Assembly (NCBI GenBank): GCA_963823655.1
Contig: CAWGMK010000010.1
Location: forward strand, 320,001 to 384,000
Direction: 5' to 3'
DNA from: an uncultured Bacillota bacterium
GTDB taxonomy: Bacteria; Bacillota; DTU025; MWDF01
Length of the DNA stretch: 64,000 bases
Shown: in pieces, positions 57,613-64,000 of the stretch
How the letters are laid out: the number at the start of each line of letters is the position of its first letter
Position numbering within the stretch: the first letter of the stretch is position 1
Translations under genes and position numbers: made by a program
The notes under the pieces: model-generated
Told to the model about the DNA's origin: nothing
What the model saw: only the letters and a program-made list of their open reading frames with translations
Databases searched by the model: none

Positions 57613-58137
57613 ATGGAACTCATCAGAATCGGCGACAAGGTAATTGACAGGGATAAAATAAACAGGATGGTCGCCAGGGTGCTTGAGGCAAGGGCAGAGG
57701 GCCAATCGCAAGCTGAGGCCGCTTCAGGCTTAGGCCTCGACCGCTCCTTCATCTCTAGGCTCGAGGCGATAGGAGAAGTAAGGAAGGGAATGAAAATAGC
57801 CCTCATCGGCTTCCCCCTATCCAACTGCGAGGAAATCGAGAAGGTCGCAAAGGACGAAGGGCTGGACTACGTGTGGCTCATGGACGACAAGCAGAGATGG
57901 GCATACGTTAAAGAGAAGAACGGGATTTCCCTTTTAAACGACCTTATGAGGATAATCGCGCACCTGAAGGACTTCGACGCGCTGATCATGATCGGCTCCG
58001 ATATGAGGGTGAAAGTCGCGGAAGCATTTATGGGCAGCAGGGTATACGGGATAGAGCTCGGCAGCTCCCCGATAAAAGGCGATGTGAGGCTGGATCCTGA
58101 CAAGCTCAAGGGGATAATCGCGGGCATAAAGGGCTAG
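57613..58137 (+). CDS. HTH-containing conserved protein (putative regulator)
   Basis: SQAEAASGLGLDRSFISRLE helix-turn-helix plus C-terminal alpha/beta domain. Confidence 0.7.
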   Translation: MELIRIGDKVIDRDKINRMVARVLEARAEGQSQAEAASGLGLDRSFISRLEAIGEVRKGMKIALIGFPLSNCEEIEKVAKDEGLDYVWLMDDKQRWAYVKEKNGISLLNDLMRIIAHLKDFDALIMIGSDMRVKVAEAFMGSRVYGIELGSSPIKGDVRLDPDKLKGIIAGIKG

Positions 58138-58167
58138 AAAGCCCGGAATGGATTGGGGGCGTCTTCA

Positions 58168-59076
58168 ATGAAACACATCGTAAGCGTAAGCCTTGGATCC
58201 TCAACCAGGGACCATAAGGGCAGCATGATGGTATTCGGAGAGGAATATGTGCTCGAAAGGCGCGGCACGGACGGCGACATCGACAAGGCCGTGGCGCTTT
58301 TAGGAGAGCTTGACGGAAAAGTGGATGCGTTCGGCATGGGCGGCATCGACATTTATCTTGCGGGCATGGGAAAGAAGCTAATCTTCAGGGATGCCAAGAG
58401 GATAGCCGCAGCAGCCAAGATAACGCCTTTGCTGGACGGAACGAGCATGAAGTCGGGCATCGAGCACAGGGCAGTGAAGTTTGCGGCCGAACAGGCAGGC
58501 CTTCCGATAAAGGGCAAGAAGGTTTTCCTCGTTTCCACGATCGACAGGCTGGGTATGGGAGAGGCCTTCGAGGAGATGGGCTGCGATATGGTTTACGGGG
58601 ACGCGATGTACGCGCTCGGGCTCAACTGGAGGCTTACATCAATCAAACAGGTGAAAAGGATCGCCGCTATATTAGGCCCGATACTGGTGCAGCTGCCCTT
58701 CAAATGGCTTTATCCCATCGGCAAGGCGCAAGAAGACAAGCCCAAGCAGAAGAAATGGCAGCAGTACTACTCATGGGCGGACATCATCGCCGGCGACTTC
58801 ATATACATTAACAAGTACCTGCCCGAGGACATAAGCGGGAAGATCGTCATAACCAATACGGTCACCAAGCAGGATGTAGAGGAATTGAAACGGCGCGGGG
58901 CGGCAGCACTGGTAACGACGACTCCTGAGGTCGACGGCAGGTCGTTCGGCACGAATGTGATGGAGGCAATGCTAACGGTGGCCATAGGAAAGAAACCCTC
59001 GGACATCAAAGAGGGCGAGTACATGGCCATGCTGGACAAATTGGGCGTACAACCCAGGGTAGTAATTTTCAAGTAG
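58168..59076 (+). CDS. Conserved protein often labelled quinate 5-dehydrogenase; function unverified
   Basis: VSVSLGSSTRD, ERRGTDGD, LYPIG, TNT and GRSFGTNVMEA pattern. Confidence 0.6.
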   Translation: MKHIVSVSLGSSTRDHKGSMMVFGEEYVLERRGTDGDIDKAVALLGELDGKVDAFGMGGIDIYLAGMGKKLIFRDAKRIAAAAKITPLLDGTSMKSGIEHRAVKFAAEQAGLPIKGKKVFLVSTIDRLGMGEAFEEMGCDMVYGDAMYALGLNWRLTSIKQVKRIAAILGPILVQLPFKWLYPIGKAQEDKPKQKKWQQYYSWADIIAGDFIYINKYLPEDISGKIVITNTVTKQDVEELKRRGAAALVTTTPEVDGRSFGTNVMEAMLTVAIGKKPSDIKEGEYMAMLDKLGVQPRVVIFK

Positions 59077-59088
59077 GAATATTACATC

Positions 59089-59117
59089 TTGACATGAGGG
59101 TCATACATCTTCATAAT
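59089..59117 (+). promoter_or_regulatory. Sigma-A promoter of greA-lysS
   Basis: TTGACA-N17-CATAAT. Confidence 0.8.
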
Positions 59118-59201
59118 TTTCCTCGTATCGCGCGGCAACTTGGGTTCAAATCCAGCTTGCCGCACATATTTTACTTCTTTTTTGGTTAAGGGGAATGAAA
59201 A

Positions 59202-59678
59202 ATGGCAGAGAGAGAAGTCTTCCTTACTATCGACGGGCTTAGGAGAATAGAGAAAGAGCTCGATTTCCTGAAGGGCGAAAAACGCTTGATGATATCCGAG
59301 AGGATCAAGCAGGCCAGGGAATTCGGCGACATCACCGAGAACTCTGAATACGATGATGCCAAAAACGAGCAAGCCGAGGTTGAGCAGCGGATTTCCCTCA
59401 TAGAGGCAATGCTTGTCAAGGTCAAGATCATCGATGAGGTCGACCAGGATACGAACATCGTATCGCTGGGAAGCACCGTCGTACTCAAGGACATGGAGTG
59501 CGACGAAGTCGAGAAATATACCATAGTCGGTTCGGCCGAGGCCAACCCTATGGAAAACAGGATTTCCAATGAGTCACCCGTTGGCAGGGCCATAGTGGGC
59601 AAGCTCGTCGGATCCGTGGTAGAAGTGGCAGCACCTATGGGAAGCATCAAGTACCAGATCGTGGAGATCTGCGTTTAA
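59202..59678 (+). CDS. greA: Transcription elongation factor GreA
   Basis: [17 protein letters not shown] and ISNESPVG. Confidence 0.97.
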   Translation: MAEREVFLTIDGLRRIEKELDFLKGEKRLMISERIKQAREFGDITENSEYDDAKNEQAEVEQRISLIEAMLVKVKIIDEVDQDTNIVSLGSTVVLKDMECDEVEKYTIVGSAEANPMENRISNESPVGRAIVGKLVGSVVEVAAPMGSIKYQIVEICV

Positions 59679-59695
59679 CTAAGCGAGGTATCATC

Positions 59696-61198
59696 ATGGA
59701 CGAACTCAGGACCGGTATAGTCGAGCCTGTGGAGGGCGAACCCATCGACGAGGGCGAAGAGATATCAAGGCGCAAGAAGGTTGCCGAAAAATGGTCTGCC
59801 ATAGGGCTTGAGCCCTTCGGCGGCAAGTTCGGGCGCGACACTTCGGCGCTTGATGTGCTTGAGAAATTCGCCGAGCTCGAAGGCAAGGAAGTCAAGCTCG
59901 CCGGCAGGATCATGGCCATCAGAAGCCACGGCAAGGCATCCTTCGCGGACCTCAGGGACCAATCGGGCAAGGTCCAGCTCTATTTCAAGCAGGATCTTCT
60001 TGGAGATGAAGCATACGAGAGGTTCATGCTCATCGACCTGGGCGATATAATCGGCGCGACCGGCAAGGTTTTCAAGACCAGGCGCGGCGAGATCAGCGTG
60101 GAGATAATGTCATTTGTCATGCTTACGAAGGCATTGAGGCCGCTTCCCGACAAATGGGGAGGGCTCAAGGACGTCGACGCCCGCTACCGCCAGCGCTATG
60201 TGGATATGATTGCAAACCCCGAAGTCAGGAAGACATTCCTCACCAGGAGCGCAATCGTGGCCAGCATAAGGCGTTTCATGGACGGCAGGGGATTCGTCGA
60301 GGTCGAGACCCCGTCGATGCATGCCATAGCCGGAGGCGCCCACGCAAAGCCGTTCATTACGCACCACAACGCGCTGGACCTGGATCTTTATCTGAGGATC
60401 GCCACCGAGCTTCATCTGAAGAGGCTGCTTGTGGGCGGCATGGAGCGCGTCTACGAGATGGGGCGCATCTTCAGGAATGAGGGCATATCCACGAAGCACA
60501 ACCCGGAGTTCACATCGATAGAGCTATACCAGGCCTATGCAGATTACTACGACATGATGGAGCTTACGGAAAGCCTCGTGGCGAATGCGGCATTAGAAGC
60601 GCTCGGGACGACCAAGATTAAGTACCAGGGCGTCGACATCGACCTGACGCCACCCTGGCCGAGGAAGACAATGGCGGCCCTTGTAAAAGAGCATACGCCC
60701 GAGGACATCGCCTCTATGGATGATGCTGAAGCGAGAAGGGCCATTGCAAGGCTCGGGCTTGAGATCGCGCCCCACGCAAGCATGGGGCAGTGCCTGAACA
60801 TGGCCTATGACGAGATTGTGGAGCCTAAGCTAGTGCAGCCCACAATAGTCATGGATTACCCGATAGAAGTATCGCCACTTGCAAAAAGGCGCGAGGATGA
60901 TCCACGCTTCACCTACAGGTTCGAGGCCGTCTGCGTCGGCAGGGAGCTGGCGAACGCATTCTCCGAGCTCAACGACCCCATAGACCAGAGGGGAAGGTTC
61001 GAATCCCAGATGGGCGAGAGGGAGAAGGGCGACGAAGAGGCCAATATGATGGACGAAGACTTCGTCAACGCGCTCGAATACGGCATGCCGCCCGCAGGAG
61101 GCATGGGCATGGGAATCGACAGGCTAGTGATGCTTCTGACCGACTCAGCTTCGATCAGGGACGTCATCCTGTTCCCTACGATGAGGCCCAAAGCCTGA
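59696..61198 (+). CDS. lysS: Lysyl-tRNA synthetase (class II)
   Basis: [29 protein letters not shown] and YGMPPAGG. Confidence 0.98.
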   Translation: MDELRTGIVEPVEGEPIDEGEEISRRKKVAEKWSAIGLEPFGGKFGRDTSALDVLEKFAELEGKEVKLAGRIMAIRSHGKASFADLRDQSGKVQLYFKQDLLGDEAYERFMLIDLGDIIGATGKVFKTRRGEISVEIMSFVMLTKALRPLPDKWGGLKDVDARYRQRYVDMIANPEVRKTFLTRSAIVASIRRFMDGRGFVEVETPSMHAIAGGAHAKPFITHHNALDLDLYLRIATELHLKRLLVGGMERVYEMGRIFRNEGISTKHNPEFTSIELYQAYADYYDMMELTESLVANAALEALGTTKIKYQGVDIDLTPPWPRKTMAALVKEHTPEDIASMDDAEARRAIARLGLEIAPHASMGQCLNMAYDEIVEPKLVQPTIVMDYPIEVSPLAKRREDDPRFTYRFEAVCVGRELANAFSELNDPIDQRGRFESQMGEREKGDEEANMMDEDFVNALEYGMPPAGGMGMGIDRLVMLLTDSASIRDVILFPTMRPKA

Positions 61199-61253
61199 TT
61201 GCACCGAAGCGGCGGCGCATGATATATTACCTATTGCGTCAATTAGCTAGCAC

Positions 61254-61329
<76 letters not shown>

Positions 61330-61501
61330 AGTTACCGGGACCGGCCCACGGCCGGCCCCGGCTGTTTATTTTCAAAGGAATTGCGGGCACTTCATGTGTT
61401 TTATCAAAGCTGTCCACATATAAGTACACAGCTTTCAATTGAAGATAGGGCTCAGATTCGTTAGAATCTATTGTGGAAGAATAATCGAGGAGGTTTTTGA
61501 A

Positions 61502-61669
61502 ATGCCACATTTTATCGCCAATGAGTGCATAGGCTGCGGAAGCTGCATGGCGGAGTGCCCGACGGCAGCAATTACCGAAGGTACCCCTTATGTGATAGAC
61601 CCCGACCTTTGCATCGATTGCGGCGCCTGTGCTGTTGTATGCCCAGTATCTTGCATCAGCCAGAAGTAG
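61502..61669 (+). CDS. 2[4Fe-4S] ferredoxin
   Basis: [12 protein letters not shown] and [12 protein letters not shown]; AGGAGG RBS. Confidence 0.95.
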   Translation: MPHFIANECIGCGSCMAECPTAAITEGTPYVIDPDLCIDCGACAVVCPVSCISQK

Positions 61670-61782
61670 CGCAAAAAAGGCAAGGACCTTCGGCTCCCCG
61701 GCCAGCCGGGGAGCTTACGTACGCAGCTGTCCTGCCAGGACATGCATATAAGCTATAAGACCAGGATGAGGATGTGATTTTC

Positions 61783-62673
61783 ATGAGCGATACAAGGCAG
61801 GGGACATGGAAAGTCAAGGTAAGCTTCATACAGATGCTAAAAGGCGGAGTCATCATGGACGTGGTGAACGCCGAACAGGCCAGAATAGCTGAAGAGGCGG
61901 GTGCCGTCGCGGTAATGGCGCTTGAGCGCGTGCCGGCGGACATAAGGGCCACCGGCGGTGTCGCGAGGATGTCCGACCCCAAGATGATAATGGAGATTAA
62001 AGAGGCCGTAACCATACCCGTCATGGCGAAGGCAAGGATTGGCCATTTCGTCGAGGCCCAGGTGCTCGAGGCGATCGGCGTGGACTGCATAGACGAGAGC
62101 GAAGTGCTCACACCGGCCGATGACAAGTACCACATAAACAAGCACGACTTCAAGATCCCGTTCGTCTGCGGCTGCAGGAACCTGGGCGAGGCGCTAAGGC
62201 GCATCGGCGAGGGCGCAGCCATGATGAGGACCAAGGGCGAGGCGGGCACTGGCGATGTCATAGAGGCGGTAAAGCACATGCGCCAGGTCAGCGAGGACAT
62301 AGCAAGGCTGCAGTACTCACCGAAAGAGACCCTGATGACCGCCGCTAAAGAGCTTGGCGCGCCTTATGAGCTGGTGCTCCAGGTCGCGGAAGCCGGAAAG
62401 CTTCCCGTAATCAACTTCGCCGCCGGCGGCATAGCCACGCCGGCAGATGCCGCTTTGATGATGCAGCTGGGCTGCGACGGCGTCTTCGTAGGATCTGGCA
62501 TCTTCAAGTCGGACAATCCGGCCCTCAGGGCCAAGGCCATTGTAGAAGCGGTTGCGCACTTCAATGAGCCTGCGATAATCGCCGAAGTCTCCAAGGGATT
62601 GGGCGAGCCCATGAGGGGGATCAGCGTATCCAGCATGCGCGAAGAGGATAAGGTACAGGGCAGGGGCTGGTAG
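61783..62673 (+). CDS. pdxS: PLP synthase subunit PdxS
   Basis: [28 protein letters not shown] and [12 protein letters not shown]. Confidence 0.98.
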   Translation: MSDTRQGTWKVKVSFIQMLKGGVIMDVVNAEQARIAEEAGAVAVMALERVPADIRATGGVARMSDPKMIMEIKEAVTIPVMAKARIGHFVEAQVLEAIGVDCIDESEVLTPADDKYHINKHDFKIPFVCGCRNLGEALRRIGEGAAMMRTKGEAGTGDVIEAVKHMRQVSEDIARLQYSPKETLMTAAKELGAPYELVLQVAEAGKLPVINFAAGGIATPADAALMMQLGCDGVFVGSGIFKSDNPALRAKAIVEAVAHFNEPAIIAEVSKGLGEPMRGISVSSMREEDKVQGRGW

Positions 62674-62705
62674 GTTTTGGCACGACTGCACCGGAGGGAA
62701 AAGAT

Positions 62706-63302
62706 TTGTTGAAGATCGGCGTACTTTCCTACCAGGGCGATGTATCTGAACATATGGACATGGTGAGGGCGGCCGGTTGCGAGCCCGTCGCGGTGAAAGA
62801 CGAGAGATCCCTCGCTTCGGTGGGGGGGCTGGTTCTTCCTGGAGGGGAGAGCACCTGCCAGGGGAAGCTTTTGAAGCGCTTCGGCCTCGACGCGCCCATA
62901 ATAGAGCGGATAAAAGCGGGGATGCCGGTTTTCGGCACCTGCACAGGAGCGATATTACTAGCCCGTGAGATAGACGGCAGCTGCCAGCCAAGGCTGGGTA
63001 CCATGGGCATAAGCATAGCCAGGAACGCCTTCGGCTCTCAGGTTGACAGCTTCGAGACGGAAATCGAAATCGATGGCATCACAGACAATGTCAAGTACGG
63101 CTACGGCCCTTTCAAGGCCCTTTTCATCAGGGGCCCCGTAATAAGCGGGGCGGATGCTGATGTAAAAGTGCTCGCCAAATTCGAAGGAAGGATCGTGCTC
63201 GCAAGGCAGAGGAATATGCTTGCCTGCTCCTTCCACCCCGAGATGGGGGACGATTTGCGCATTCACCGTTATTTCGCCGACATGGTAGAGGAATACTCAT
63301 AG
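62706..63302 (+). CDS. pdxT: PLP synthase glutaminase PdxT
   Basis: PGGEST, GTCTG, RNAFGSQ, FIRGP and SFHPE. Confidence 0.96.
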   Translation: MLKIGVLSYQGDVSEHMDMVRAAGCEPVAVKDERSLASVGGLVLPGGESTCQGKLLKRFGLDAPIIERIKAGMPVFGTCTGAILLAREIDGSCQPRLGTMGISIARNAFGSQVDSFETEIEIDGITDNVKYGYGPFKALFIRGPVISGADADVKVLAKFEGRIVLARQRNMLACSFHPEMGDDLRIHRYFADMVEEYS

Positions 63303-63320
63303 AAAGTTAGGGGTGGGAAG

Positions 63321-64000
63321 ATGATGCTCGAGAACCTGCGCGTTCAGGACCCGGAACTGGCGGAGGCCATATTCAAGGAAGTATCAAGACAAAGGACCAA
63401 GATCGAGCTGATCGCCTCCGAGAACTTCGTAAGCCGCGCAGTGCTGGAGGCCGCCGGCTCGCCGCTTACGAACAAGTACGCCGAGGGGTATCCCGGCAAG
63501 AGATACTACGGCGGATGCGAGTTCGTAGACATCGCCGAGAACCTCGCAATTGAAAGGGCCAAGCAGATCTTCGGCGCAGAGCACGTAAATGTACAGCCTC
63601 ATTCCGGCGCGCAGGCCAACACGGCAGTGTATTTCGCAGCCCTGGAGCCCGGCGACAAAGTCCTGGGTATGAACCTGGCGCACGGGGGCCATCTAACCCA
63701 CGGCATGGCAATCAACATTTCCGGCAAGTACTTCAATTTCGTACCTTACGGCGTCTCGCAAAAGGACGAGAGGATCGATTATGATGCGCTCGAAGCCCTT
63801 GCTATGGCTGAGAAGCCAAAGCTAATCGTGGCTGGAGCCAGCGCCTACTCGAGGATAATTGATTTCCCGCGCTTCAGGCAGATTGCCGACAAGTGCGGAG
63901 CCCTTCTTATGGTTGACATGGCCCACATAGCGGGCCTTGTTGCAGCAGGCGTACACCCTAGCCCGGTACCTTACGCGCATTTCGTGACCACCACCACCCA
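63321..64000 (+). CDS. glyA: Serine hydroxymethyltransferase (partial, runs off window end)
   Basis: [37 protein letters not shown] and DMAHIAGLV. Confidence 0.97.
   Translation, partial: MMLENLRVQDPELAEAIFKEVSRQRTKIELIASENFVSRAVLEAAGSPLTNKYAEGYPGKRYYGGCEFVDIAENLAIERAKQIFGAEHVNVQPHSGAQANTAVYFAALEPGDKVLGMNLAHGGHLTHGMAINISGKYFNFVPYGVSQKDERIDYDALEALAMAEKPKLIVAGASAYSRIIDFPRFRQIADKCGALLMVDMAHIAGLVAAGVHPSPVPYAHFVTTTT

Overview
Roughly 62 kb of coding-dense chromosomal sequence (moderately GC-rich) from an anaerobic Bacillota-like bacterium. The assignment rests on a Gram-positive-type LexA box, sigma-H-like promoters, pdxST and the coaX-hflX-dusB-greA-lysS block. It may be diderm, given one outer-membrane-barrel-like protein and several lipobox-less binding proteins. 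About 60 CDS and one tRNA-Ala(CGC) are present; no CRISPR array, integrase, transposase or prophage genes were seen. About 19 single-base frameshifts and one in-frame TAG are most simply read as long-read assembly errors. Most interesting observations: (1) a 13-kb operon (XRE-cupin regulator, divergent dhaK1/L1, Liv-type ABC importer, ATC-hydrolase-family protein, CyuA-type cysteine desulfidase, canonical dhaK2/L2/M, own HPr and Enzyme I) that looks like an undescribed pathway for a cysteine-C3/carbonyl conjugate; (2) a Tyr-rich leader peptide with a 17-bp stem and terminator upstream of a tyrosine phenol-lyase-like gene; (3) an ApbE locus whose neighbours carry one canonical and three non-canonical candidate flavinylation sites; (4) a circularly permuted OppA; (5) a LexA-boxed small protein plus Y-family polymerase cassette; (6) an ExoIII with a Trp/Pro-rich insertion. 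All family assignments come from motif recognition by eye; no database search was run.
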